A stretch of DNA of 31,424 bases from a virus. Lineage: Duplodnaviria > Caudoviricetes. How positions within the stretch are numbered: the stretch's first letter is position 1; every line of letters begins with the position of its first letter. The DNA is taken from positions 1-31,424 of IMG/VR virus record IMGVR_UViG_3300037851_000161; one strand, written 5' to 3'. This document shows positions 1 to 7,930 of this stretch, one piece after another. Below the pieces are notes generated by a model. It was not told where the DNA came from. It made no database searches and worked only from the letters and a program-made list of their open reading frames with translations. Made by a program: the position numbers and the translations under genes.

Positions 1-16
1 GTCTTGGCGCAAAACA

Positions 17-418
17 TCACAGACTTTTCACCCTCCCCCCCGCCTGTTTGTCGCGTTCTCGCCAAGTTTTTTCGGCGTGACATGATGTGCAGAGGGCCTG
101 TAGATTTTCGAGCGCCAGTCTTTCTCCGCCGCGCGCGAGAGGGATGATATGATCGATCGGAGAACTTACAGACAGCCATGTTACTCGGCCGGCACGAGCA
201 CAGGCCTGACATCGATAGTTAGCGCGCGCGAGTACGATGAGCCTGACACGCTGCCATATCGCATCGTAGCCTCGAGATGCTGCGCTGCCTCGCCGTGCAT
301 CGCGTTCGGCGTGGCGGGTACGTCGCGGGCACTGCTGCTGGCACTGCTCCTGCGGTGCGCGACATATCGGGCACCACTTACTCGGTCCGTGCGTATGCGT
401 AGCTGCGCCGGTAATCAT
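17..418 (-). CDS. HNH endonuclease (terminase-associated, HK97 gp74-like)
   Basis: RGSAASRGYDAIWQRVR, CQAC, DHIIPLARGG, NLQALCTSCHAEKT; ends GGRVKSL as is typical just upstream of cos/terS. Confidence 0.93.
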   Translation of the reverse strand: MITGAATHTHGPSKWCPICRAPQEQCQQQCPRRTRHAERDARRGSAASRGYDAIWQRVRLIVLARANYRCQACARAGRVTWLSVSSPIDHIIPLARGGERLALENLQALCTSCHAEKTWRERDKQAGGRVKSL

Positions 419-599
419 GCTGGTATGTCGCGCCGATTTTTTTCACGGTGCGGGAATCCTCGGCGATCGGCAATCGCTGTGGCTCGCGCAATAGCGCGAG
501 TGATCCATCGCGCATTAGATACGCCCTGCCAACAGCGATCATACGCAGCGCATTGCGCTGGCTGATAGTGGCACGTGATCCGGCTATGGATAGTCTCAC
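378..599 (-). CDS. Hypothetical protein
   Basis: GTG-start ORF between the 649-677 promoter and the HNH gene, co-oriented with the late operon. Confidence 0.45.
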   Translation of the reverse strand: MRLSIAGSRATISQRNALRMIAVGRAYLMRDGSLALLREPQRLPIAEDSRTVKKIGATYQHDYRRSYAYARTE

Positions 600-648
600 G
601 TCTCGGGCTTACCCGGCGCGGTGTTGCCGCGATTGCTTACTATGTGCG

Positions 649-677
649 AGTATGCCACTGATTCAGGATGCAGTCAA
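649..677 (-). promoter_or_regulatory. Leftward sigma70-like promoter (candidate late promoter)
   Basis: Minus strand TTGACT-N17-CATACT with TG extended -10; followed by two small hairpins (CGCGG-caaca-CCGCG, CGGG-taag-CCCG). Confidence 0.6.
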
Positions 678-973
678 TGCTTACCTGTTTTACGCAGTGC
701 GTAAGCGCCTTGGCCGTCGATGCGTAACAGATACCAGTCCGCCATCGAGCCATGATGCCCAGTCGTATGGATCATCACCGTAATCCCAGGCTCAATCCGC
801 ATCTCTGACACCCAAGATGAATGCACTACGCTCCGGCCATCAGAAATCCGCAACCCCGATACCCAGGACGAATACACCGCACTCCCGCCGTCACGAATAC
901 TGCTAGGCCTGATATCTACCGGGATTACCGCCTCCGACATCGATAAGGCCAACCACAATAGATGTAGCATCAT
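674..973 (-). CDS. Small hypothetical protein with probable signal peptide and internal tandem repeat
   Basis: Hydrophobic N-terminus MMLHLLWLALSMSEA; repeat IRDGGSAVYSSWVSGLRI / ISDGRSVVHSSWVSEMRI. Confidence 0.6.
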   Translation of the reverse strand: MMLHLLWLALSMSEAVIPVDIRPSSIRDGGSAVYSSWVSGLRISDGRSVVHSSWVSEMRIEPGITVMIHTTGHHGSMADWYLLRIDGQGAYALRKTGKH

Positions 974-974
974 T

Positions 975-1180
975 GGTGCCCGCGGTGGGGTCGAGGCACC
1001 CCCCCCCTACCCCCCCCTTGGGAGGTTTGACCGGCGCGGCAGGTTTCGCTTTTCCGTGGGTCGGCGAGCTCGCCCGCTAGGGGTCACGCCATCCCTGCCG
1101 TGGCCGGATCGCCGGGTGGCATCGTAGGCCCGCGGTGGATTCCGCTCGGCCTATTGCCCTTGCCCGCGATCCGCTCCCAT
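975..1180 (-). ncRNA. Putative structured leader RNA / ncRNA
   Basis: ORF-free GC-rich tract with several stems, an 11-bp direct repeat GCCCGCGGTGG (978, 1128) and a C9-TA-C8 tract (999-1017). Confidence 0.35.
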
Positions 1181-1184
1181 CCTT

Positions 1185-1195
1185 ATTATGCGCCA
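1185..1195 (-). promoter_or_regulatory. Leftward -10 element TGGCG-CATAAT
   Basis: TGGCGCATAAT matches TGGCGCATGAT of the leftward promoter at 9391-9401; no good -35 at 17 bp. Confidence 0.4.
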
Positions 1196-1244
1196 GGGTT
1201 TTTTCAGTCAGATCATTAAAATTCGTTCATTTTGCATTTTGTGC

Positions 1245-1273
1245 TTGACGCTACGGGGCTACGATGCTACGAT
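1245..1273 (+). promoter_or_regulatory. Rightward sigma70-like promoter
   Basis: TTGACG-N17-TACGAT with AT-rich upstream tract; spacer contains three 8-bp-spaced GCTACG copies; purine-rich RBS before ATG 1318. Confidence 0.7.
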
Positions 1274-1317
1274 GCAATTGTGGGATGTTGAGAGGAAAGA
1301 GGAAAGAGAGAAAGAAA

Positions 1318-1509
1318 ATGTACTGCCCCAAATGCGGACAACTAATGAATGTCTGGGATGACTGGTCGTACGGCGATGCCGTACACCAGTTCTCGTTGTG
1401 CCCGGAGTGCGGGCACTTCGAAGAAGAGTTGAAGGACGCGGAGAGCCACAAAGAGTGGCTCCGCCGCGAGGCTGCCAGAGCGCTAGAGCTCTGGGTGGAC
1501 CGGACATGA
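1318..1509 (+). CDS. Small zinc-ribbon protein
   Basis: MYCPKCG...LCPECGH followed by a helical tail; purine-rich RBS. Confidence 0.75.
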   Translation: MYCPKCGQLMNVWDDWSYGDAVHQFSLCPECGHFEEELKDAESHKEWLRREAARALELWVDRT

Positions 1510-1515
1510 CGGAAG

Positions 1516-2316
1516 ATGAAAAGGAGAACCCACCACATGTGGACACGAGATCAAGTCATGACACGCGCGAGGGCCTGTGGCTCTCGCGCCACCACCCTTC
1601 AAGGCGCGGGCCGCGCCATCATCGCCGCCAGGGAGTGCGTGATCCCGGCGGAAGGCAGTGGTCTGTACCGCCGCCGCGATCCGCGCACCACCACGCGTAC
1701 CACGTGGTACGCACGGCAGCACGCCAAGCGGATCGTGGGTCGCTACGCCCACCTGTGCGATTGGGCGATCGGGTCGAAGATTCTGCGGTTCGGCAGCGCC
1801 GTACCGCAACGCGTCAGCGCCGAGCTGCGGCAGGCGGTCGCCATGATCCCATGGGGCGATCCCGCCCTGGACTACCTGCGCTGGCTGTCCTACCCCATGC
1901 CTGTCCGTGGGCTAACCCACATCCCAGACGTGGCCCCGCCCCATGTACGTGCGGCGGCGATTCGCGCCGCCGAGGGCTGGAGCACGGATCCGCTTAACGA
2001 AAAGCTAATGTCGATTGTCGGCGACTACGCCGAGAATGCCTACGATTGGGGCCGTCTGCGCGTGCATTCGCGCGGCGATCAGGTCGGCCTACCCGATAAG
2101 GTGGGGATGGTCGAGACCGGCGACAACCGCGACTGGCACCGCAGGTCCACCCTTCAGCGGCAGGCAGATTACTATCTGGCCATGGGGCCAGCTGGCCCAT
2201 ACCGCCAGGGGTGGATGTACGTGGCCACCGATGCCACGCGTCGCGAGTGGCGGCGCGTGTGGATCAGCCCCAACTACCTGCGCGTCGGAGCCGCCGCGGA
2301 AAGGATTACAGCATGA
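1516..2316 (+). CDS. Hypothetical protein (266 aa)
   Basis: Long ORF in operon; ATGA overlap with the next gene; no recognised family. Confidence 0.7.
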   Translation: MKRRTHHMWTRDQVMTRARACGSRATTLQGAGRAIIAARECVIPAEGSGLYRRRDPRTTTRTTWYARQHAKRIVGRYAHLCDWAIGSKILRFGSAVPQRVSAELRQAVAMIPWGDPALDYLRWLSYPMPVRGLTHIPDVAPPHVRAAAIRAAEGWSTDPLNEKLMSIVGDYAENAYDWGRLRVHSRGDQVGLPDKVGMVETGDNRDWHRRSTLQRQADYYLAMGPAGPYRQGWMYVATDATRREWRRVWISPNYLRVGAAAERITA

Positions 2317-2792
2317 CAACTTACTTCGGATGCACGCCGGGAGATACCCTCTCCTGGTGTAGCGCGGCAACCCGCCGCGCGGTTTTCCAACCGAGCGCAA
2401 CGGTCGCCCGGGTGGGCGACCGGCGTGTAAGCTTGGCCACAGACGAACACATGATCGTCCTGTGGCACCAATCAGACGCGGGAACATGGCACGGATTCTA
2501 CGACCCTGACACGTTCCGCAACAACCCGAAGCCCGGCTACCGGGCCTACTCAAAGCATGGCAAATGTCCCACAATTACCCCCGCCCGGGCAGCCATCACC
2601 CAGAGTTCATCCGGCAACGGCATCGCCATCGGCGTCGTTGCCGTGGTCCCACCAGAGGGAATCATCTGGGTCACATCCCGCTACATGGGGCGTGGAGGAT
2701 GGGAGGTCCACTACCTCCCACACAATGGCGATGTACAGTCGATGTCCCTCGCCGATTTCCGGGCCTCGAATGGCCCGGTGGAGAAACTCTAA
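2313..2792 (+). CDS. Hypothetical protein, paralog of 8404-8925
   Basis: ATGA-coupled start; shares TDEH..LWH, GTWHGFYDP and WVTS..G.G.W.VH motifs with 8404-8925. Confidence 0.85.
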   Translation: MTTYFGCTPGDTLSWCSAATRRAVFQPSATVARVGDRRVSLATDEHMIVLWHQSDAGTWHGFYDPDTFRNNPKPGYRAYSKHGKCPTITPARAAITQSSSGNGIAIGVVAVVPPEGIIWVTSRYMGRGGWEVHYLPHNGDVQSMSLADFRASNGPVEKL

Positions 2793-2805
2793 GAAAGGAG
2801 TCAGC

Positions 2806-2967
2806 ATGAAGAATGTAATGGTGATACGCATATCGCGCGATGCGTACGAAATCCTGCGCGAGCAGGCCTTCCGCCTGCGATCCACGATCCGGGCTCAGGC
2901 CGATGCGGCGATCTTGCCGCCGCAGCCCGAACCCGAACCCGAACCCGAACCCGAACCGGACAACTAA
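2806..2967 (+). CDS. Putative ribbon-helix-helix DNA-binding protein with (PE)n tail
   Basis: AAGGAG RBS; VMVIRIS strand, then RDAYEILREQA helix and STIRAQADAAI helix. Confidence 0.6.
   Translation: MKNVMVIRISRDAYEILREQAFRLRSTIRAQADAAILPPQPEPEPEPEPEPDN
2926..2955 (+). repeat. (CCCGAA)5 in-frame tandem repeat
   Basis: Five perfect copies encoding PEPEPEPEPE. Confidence 0.95.
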
Positions 2968-3006
2968 AGCAGCCTCTGCCCGCGTTTGCCAAAAACGCGG
3001 GCAGAT

Positions 3007-3735
3007 CTATGTCTGGCCACCGGGCATTTCGTCCCAGGTGCGCCCGTCCAACACGCGGCCAGTGCGACTCTTCACCGCCCCGCCCCACTGCTTGAAGAAA
3101 AATGGCACGTTGGCCCGCGCGCACTGGTCGCGGATGTCGCGTACCCAGCCGCCAATAGGGATCCGACGTGCGCCTGGACCCGACTCGCCGCCGACGATCA
3201 CCCAGTTGATGCCGCGCAGCGGAATCTCGCCGAGATCCTCAAGCAGCGGCTCGATTGACAGAAATCGCATAGATACAGGCGTCGCCTGGAGATCTGCTAT
3301 ACGCGGTAGCCCGTGCTTTCTGTCCTCCACAGACACACCCCACCAAATATGATTTCCCTGCACATCATGATCCTGCATTCGGCGCGTGTGCCAGTATCGC
3401 ATTCTTTCCGACCGCTTCGTTAGCACTTGGTACGTGTGCCAATTAGCCAGTAACATCGTATCCATGATTTGTTCGATGTAAGCATCTGGAACAGATTCAT
3501 GGAACAGATCGCTCATGGAATCCACGAAAACCATTCGTGGCTTTTTCCACCGCATCGGCAAGTCCAGCGTGTGGGGCTGAAGCGTCACCTGGAAGCCGTT
3601 CGCGTAGTTCGGCTGGCCCATGGCCTGGAGCCGTAGCGCCATGCGTTCGGCGTAGCAGTGCTTGCAACCGGGACTGATCTTTGTGCATCCCGTGACCGGG
3701 TTCCATGTCTCGTCAGTCCACTCGATCTTACTCAT
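3007..3735 (-). CDS. Phage Gp37/Gp68 family (DUF5131) three-Cys, radical-SAM-like protein
   Basis: SKIEWTDETWNPVTGCTKISPGCKHCYAE, VFVDSMSDLFH, LTKR, FLSIEPLL, WVIVGGESGPGAR, FFFKQWGG. Confidence 0.93.
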   Translation of the reverse strand: MSKIEWTDETWNPVTGCTKISPGCKHCYAERMALRLQAMGQPNYANGFQVTLQPHTLDLPMRWKKPRMVFVDSMSDLFHESVPDAYIEQIMDTMLLANWHTYQVLTKRSERMRYWHTRRMQDHDVQGNHIWWGVSVEDRKHGLPRIADLQATPVSMRFLSIEPLLEDLGEIPLRGINWVIVGGESGPGARRIPIGGWVRDIRDQCARANVPFFFKQWGGAVKSRTGRVLDGRTWDEMPGGQT

Positions 3736-3787
3736 ATTTTCACCCACTTATCAGCCATGTGTGCTCCGTCAAATTTTTCCAAAGTGA

Positions 3788-4039
3788 TTAGCTGCGGCGG
3801 TCCCGAAGATGAACTTGTTTCGCCGCCGCCAGTACAAACCGCGAACACTTCGGCGTCCGACCGCGACGCAGGTCCAATATCGCGGCCACAACATTCAGCC
3901 GGAATTCTGTTGTTGTCGCATCATACACTACCTCGGTCGCGGGCCGCGCCAACACTGCCGCAACGCCCCTGTCAGGGCATCGCTCGATCACATCATCGCC
4001 CGAAACAAAGTAGGGTCGCCAGCCAACGCCACGCTTCAT
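3788..4039 (-). CDS. Hypothetical protein
   Basis: GGAG RBS before MKRGVGW; fills the gap in the leftward operon. Confidence 0.5.
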   Translation of the reverse strand: MKRGVGWRPYFVSGDDVIERCPDRGVAAVLARPATEVVYDATTTEFRLNVVAAILDLRRGRTPKCSRFVLAAAKQVHLRDRRS

Positions 4040-4040
4040 A

Positions 4041-4358
4041 TCATCTCCAGACAAAAACTCTCGGATCTCCGGGCCCTGGCGTCGGACTAAACGGGAACCC
4101 GCAAGGCCAGTATCGGCACGCGCGGCTAACCATATCCGGGTACCATGATCGCGCCGAGTACGGCAACGGGTTCCAGTCCGGGTGCACATCTCGCACACAG
4201 CCTCGCGTCGCCTCACCACGCGCGCGATTGCGCTTCGTTCGGCGCGCGCGCATCTCGCGTTCCCATCGCATCTCGGGCCGTCGCCGGATGGATTGCGCGA
4301 TCCGGCCCATGTCCGCGACGAGCAGGCGCTCAAGATCCGGCAGTGCATCGCCGCACAT
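4041..4358 (-). CDS. Hypothetical basic protein
   Basis: Co-oriented ORF in the replication operon; start uncertain. Confidence 0.45.
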   Translation of the reverse strand: MCGDALPDLERLLVADMGRIAQSIRRRPEMRWEREMRARRTKRNRARGEATRGCVRDVHPDWNPLPYSARSWYPDMVSRACRYWPCGFPFSPTPGPGDPRVFVWR

Positions 4359-4764
4359 AGTCGTACGCCTCGACCGTCTTACGCATCCGCATAAGCCCGA
4401 TTTCCCCGTCATCTCCCGCGCGTACCTCGCGCTTCTCGACATACTGTCCGAGCGAGTTAGTGTGCGCAGGAATTAGTAAGTAGTGCTCCCACCCAGTACC
4501 GCCACAGATACGGCACTTATCGTGCAAGTTACGCCGCTCTGACTGATGCGTACCTCGCGCAGCTGCGCGAATATCGGCTGGCGTCGGAAGCTCGCGGGAC
4601 TCCCGCAACCACGCGTCAACGATGCGCGCGGCGTGCGCATCGTCGTCCGCATAGCGGGCCAGCGCAACGATGATTTCGTCCCGCCCGGCAGGTTCCAACT
4701 GCCGCCAGAACGGCAGGCACGAGAACCTCCGCGCCTCCTCCGCCGCCACCCGCGCGGAGATCAT
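4330..4764 (-). CDS. Replication accessory protein (helicase loader/inhibitor-like) with Zn-finger
   Basis: ATGA-coupled to the initiator; ELPTPADIR motif typical of genes downstream of phage initiators; CRICGGTGW. Confidence 0.6.
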   Translation of the reverse strand: MISARVAAEEARRFSCLPFWRQLEPAGRDEIIVALARYADDDAHAARIVDAWLRESRELPTPADIRAAARGTHQSERRNLHDKCRICGGTGWEHYLLIPAHTNSLGQYVEKREVRAGDDGEIGLMRMRKTVEAYDYVRRCTAGS

Positions 4765-5618
4765 GATGGCCTCCGCGCGAGCAGCGACTCGACCCTCGCG
4801 AGATCGTCTACGACAGTTTCCGTAGCTCCCGCTGGAGCCTCCTCGGGGGGCTCCGTAACACAATTGCAACCATCCGTGCGAGGATTCAGCCAACGCGTCA
4901 AGCTCGGCACGAACCGCTGATTCTCACTGCGCCATGCCTCGCTACGGCACCAGCCCTCGTGCCGCCTATTGATCTGCTCGGCCATTTCATCTGGCTCCGT
5001 CGCATCCCCCAACAGCATCGCTAGCGCCCTCTCTGCCTCCTGGCGCGTCGATCTCCGGTGTTTCGGGTGTCGCTGCCAGATCCGTTCCGCGATGTCGCTG
5101 AGCGCAAAATCACGCGCGCGTGACGTCTGCGTCTGCGTCTGTTTCTGCGTCTGTTTCTGATTCTGTGACGTCACATGTGACGTCTTTGTATCTGTATCTG
5201 TATCTGAGGGCGTCACAGTGACGTCACACGTGACGCTGTTGTGACGCTGCTGTGACGTCACAGGTGACGCTCCCGTGACGTCACACGTGACGCCCTCGTG
5301 ACGCTCGCGGTGACGCTTCATCCTCTGCGCCGAGCCGCGATCTGTGACGTACTGATGCTCGTCCCAGTCGTGCGGCTTAAGCGATCCTGTAGTCTCATCG
5401 CGGTCGATCAAACCAGCCGCAACGAAGTGTGCGAGATGCGATTCCAGCAGGCGCAACGGAATCTGCGATTCGAACGCCGCCTGCTTAGTATCTGGTATTA
5501 CTCCGTCGTGGAGCGCAGATACAGCCAGTATCTTCATCCATGTCCGAAACTGCGCGTCGGTGAGTTGCGCAACCTTGAAATTGTTCAGGAAATGCGTATA
5601 CATGCGGAACCATCTCAT
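4761..5618 (-). CDS. Phage replication initiator (replisome organizer-like)
   Basis: MRWFRMY...KV...W..IL N-terminal wHTH-like domain, HDWDEHQ...SAQRMKRHRER, low-complexity iteron linker, C-terminal FVPSLTRWLN. Confidence 0.88.
   Translation of the reverse strand: MRWFRMYTHFLNNFKVAQLTDAQFRTWMKILAVSALHDGVIPDTKQAAFESQIPLRLLESHLAHFVAAGLIDRDETTGSLKPHDWDEHQYVTDRGSAQRMKRHRERHEGVTCDVTGASPVTSQQRHNSVTCDVTVTPSDTDTDTKTSHVTSQNQKQTQKQTQTQTSRARDFALSDIAERIWQRHPKHRRSTRQEAERALAMLLGDATEPDEMAEQINRRHEGWCRSEAWRSENQRFVPSLTRWLNPRTDGCNCVTEPPEEAPAGATETVVDDLARVESLLARRPS
5120..5349. repeat. Iteron array / probable replication origin inside the initiator gene
   Basis: GTGACG at 5120, 5165, 5177, 5218, 5230, 5241, 5252, 5264, 5275, 5287, 5298, 5310, 5344; perfect palindrome GTGACGTCAC at 5165, 5218, 5252, 5275. 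Confidence 0.85.
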
Positions 5619-5625
5619 AGAATCC

Positions 5626-6024
5626 TCACAGCGGCATGATAACTATCTTTGCGCCGGTTCTCTTCTCCCCGCCAAACGAGTTATCGGTGTAGCGCTTGAC
5701 GCAGATCAATCGGCACACCTGCGCGTCGTCCCGCCAGACGACACCAGATCTAGTGATCCCGTCCAGGGTCGCGCGGACCAGCTTATCGATGTCTGGTCTG
5801 GTTATTGGTGTCTTGTTTTGTGGCCGCTGTGGACGAGGTAGGTAAAACTCACAGCCAACATAGATTGCGGAATCCCAGTTTCGCGGACTTACCTCGGCCT
5901 TCAGCGCCCACGCTACGGCATCCTCCCACGCGGCAACCTTGCGCGAGGATTCGATCATTCTGCCGCGCATCAGCACCTTGCTGCCTTTTGGTGCTGGTGT
6001 GCCCTCGACGAAGATCTCAATCAT
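5626..6024 (-). CDS. rusA: RusA family Holliday junction resolvase
   Basis: GTPAPKGSK, FYLPRP, RPDIDKLVRATLDGIT, VWRDDAQV, KRY. Confidence 0.93.
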   Translation of the reverse strand: MIEIFVEGTPAPKGSKVLMRGRMIESSRKVAAWEDAVAWALKAEVSPRNWDSAIYVGCEFYLPRPQRPQNKTPITRPDIDKLVRATLDGITRSGVVWRDDAQVCRLICVKRYTDNSFGGEKRTGAKIVIMPL

Positions 6025-6226
6025 ATAGCGCCCCGCGCCGCGCATCATCGACAGCGAGGTAGTATCTGGCGCGGAACTCTCTGCACGCGAGGGCAGCCAC
6101 TTCCCACGCGAGCATGTATCCCGCGCGTAGGTGCAGTAAGATCGAGACCGCAATGATGATAGGGTCGCGGCGAGTGGCGGTGAGAATGAGCGCCCACCCA
6201 AACACAATGCAGAATAGCGCGATCAC
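6017..6226 (-). CDS. Small membrane protein
   Basis: Two hydrophobic segments; GTGA overlap with bet; GGAGG RBS. Confidence 0.55.
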   Translation of the reverse strand: MIALFCIVFGWALILTATRRDPIIIAVSILLHLRAGYMLAWEVAALACREFRARYYLAVDDARRGALYD

Positions 6227-7185
6227 GGCGTTACCTCCTGGGCCTGCACTTGCTGCGCGAGTAGCCGCATGTCATTTAGCACGGTCCCCATTTCCTTGTA
6301 GATCCTGCGGCCAACCTCAACATCGGTAATCTGATTCGATTTCTCATACCCGGCCGCGCCGAGGATACGGTAGTAAGTAGCCTCGCCGAGTTCCGTTCCA
6401 AGCTCGGCCTTCATCGTTTTTTTCATTTCCGAGAAGGCCTTTAACATGTCAAACTCGCGAGTCTTTTTCTTCGGTGCCGGTGTTGGTGTTGGTGGCTCTT
6501 CCACCGCCACTGTTGCGGATACTGCCGCCTCCGCTGCCGCAGCCTGCAACATGGCGATCTTGCTTTCCGCCACGTCGATCTGTGCTTGGCGCGACTCGGT
6601 CGCCTGCCCCATTTCATCCGTGGTGTAGAGCCCGCCGAGAGACTCGGGAAAACATCTCCGCATGGCGAGCGCCTCGGCGCACTTGGCCAGTTGGTTAGCG
6701 GGCATCTTAGTCCACATACTATTTGGCGCGCCGTCCTTGCGTGTCTGGACATACTCGCTGTATCTCGCTACCGAGTAGATCGGCACGCGGAATCCGCGCC
6801 GATAAACTCCGACCCTGGCCGCGACTGGCGGATGTTTGTGCAGCCACGCATTGACCCACTGTCCATCATCGCCGCACCAGTACGGCCCGTCCTGGCCCTC
6901 GTACAGACCGGAGCGCTCGGCCAGCACGCGGAATCCGTCGATGGAAGTCTGAATCGTCATGACGTTCTGCTGCTGGTCCGAACTCCAATGCTTGCGGAGG
7001 TAGATCTGCCGCGAGAATGGGTCGAGATTTTTGCGGCGGCAGACCTGAAGGAACATCATCAACTCGTCGTCCGTCGCGTCGCGCGCGATGGTGCGCTTGA
7101 TTAGCTCGATCTGCTCGCGCGAAAACGACACCTGATGCAAAGGTGCTTCCTCAACTGTCATGATTGCTTGTTCAGTTATTCCCAT
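6223..7185 (-). CDS. bet: Phage recombination protein Bet (single-strand annealing, RecT/Redbeta superfamily)
   Basis: ATDDELMMFLQVCRRKNLDPFSRQIY, IQTSIDGFRVLAERSGLYEG, WTKMPANQLAKCAEALAMRRCFP, GLYTTDEM; alternative start at 7209. Confidence 0.95.
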   Translation of the reverse strand: MGITEQAIMTVEEAPLHQVSFSREQIELIKRTIARDATDDELMMFLQVCRRKNLDPFSRQIYLRKHWSSDQQQNVMTIQTSIDGFRVLAERSGLYEGQDGPYWCGDDGQWVNAWLHKHPPVAARVGVYRRGFRVPIYSVARYSEYVQTRKDGAPNSMWTKMPANQLAKCAEALAMRRCFPESLGGLYTTDEMGQATESRQAQIDVAESKIAMLQAAAAEAAVSATVAVEEPPTPTPAPKKKTREFDMLKAFSEMKKTMKAELGTELGEATYYRILGAAGYEKSNQITDVEVGRRIYKEMGTVLNDMRLLAQQVQAQEVTP

Positions 7186-7205
7186 CTCTCTCTCCACACA
7201 AACGG

Positions 7206-7487
7206 TCAAAAATGTTTGCCCGTTTTTGACCGTTTGTCTGACCGTTCATCCCACTGCTTAGCCAAGCCTTTCCATAGACTTAGCGATGTGCCAAAAAAAC
7301 GGGCAAGAAACGGGCAAATATCGTTGACCGTTTTGCTGCCATCTAGATAGGCCAGCAATGTAGTTGGCGAAGCCCCGTATTCGCGCCGCAGATCGGCCAT
7401 CAAGTCAGCCAGATTCATTCCTCTAGCCGCCAGTTCTTCGATGATGTATACGCCCGGAGGCGTGGGCATCCAGACTACCTTGCGCAT
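7206..7487 (-). CDS. HigA-like XRE/HTH protein (solo antitoxin-like)
   Basis: PTPPGVYIIEELAARGMNLADL...LARFFGTSLSLWKGL matches the HigA pattern HPGEIL.EEL...LARFFGTS.EFW.NLQ. Confidence 0.75.
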   Translation of the reverse strand: MRKVVWMPTPPGVYIIEELAARGMNLADLMADLRREYGASPTTLLAYLDGSKTVNDICPFLARFFGTSLSLWKGLAKQWDERSDKRSKTGKHF

Positions 7488-7897
7488 CCGTCGGATTTCC
7501 TCCGGCTGCTCAAAACTGCGGATATGGCCAAGCCTGCGACATCTATCATTCTGTCTTCGTACTCGGGATGGTTCGGTTTCAGCTGCACGGTGATGCCGGA
7601 TTCCAACACCTCGTTCGGGTCCAGCGCAGCGATCCTGGCGCGGTAGGCGTAATCCTGGATGAATCTGCACCAATCTTCGGGCGTGTGAGTGTCATCGTGC
7701 GTCGGCCCACCGTGGCTGGCATCTTGCTCCCCGCGGCGTTTGGACAATTCCGGGCCGAGAATGGCCATATACGATTTCCGGATCTGATCGAGTTCCTTCG
7801 CCGCAGCCTCCAGCCCCATAATGTATATCCGCCAGAATTCAGGCAAAGTATCAAACTCGGCCTTAAATCTGTCTTGTGACCGTGTTACTTCAGGCAT
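7475..7897 (-). CDS. MazG-like all-alpha NTP pyrophosphohydrolase-related protein
   Basis: RRGEQDASHGGPTHDDTHTPEDW and RMIDVAGLAISAVLS resemble the phage ER.RQD.KWG / LIQVAA.A.AA.ES family; GGAG RBS. Confidence 0.5.
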   Translation of the reverse strand: MPEVTRSQDRFKAEFDTLPEFWRIYIMGLEAAAKELDQIRKSYMAILGPELSKRRGEQDASHGGPTHDDTHTPEDWCRFIQDYAYRARIAALDPNEVLESGITVQLKPNHPEYEDRMIDVAGLAISAVLSSRRKSDGCAR

Positions 7898-7930
7898 TTT
7901 TGATCTCCATTCATCCAACAAAATGACAAA

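Noticed and set aside
1-60. Exact cos site at the G-rich end of the HNH gene
   Set aside because: The position is suggestive but the window ends before terS, so the cut site cannot be located from sequence alone
2926-2955. Phase-variable switch at (CCCGAA)5
   Set aside because: The hexamer unit preserves frame and lies at the extreme C-terminus, so slippage changes only tail length
5120-5349. Repeat cluster as a CRISPR or mini-array
   Set aside because: Units are 6-10 bp with 11-12 bp period inside a coding gene; no spacer-sized unique segments and no cas genes
7206-7897. Complete HigBA toxin-antitoxin module
   Set aside because: Neither neighbour resembles a RelE/HigB ribonuclease
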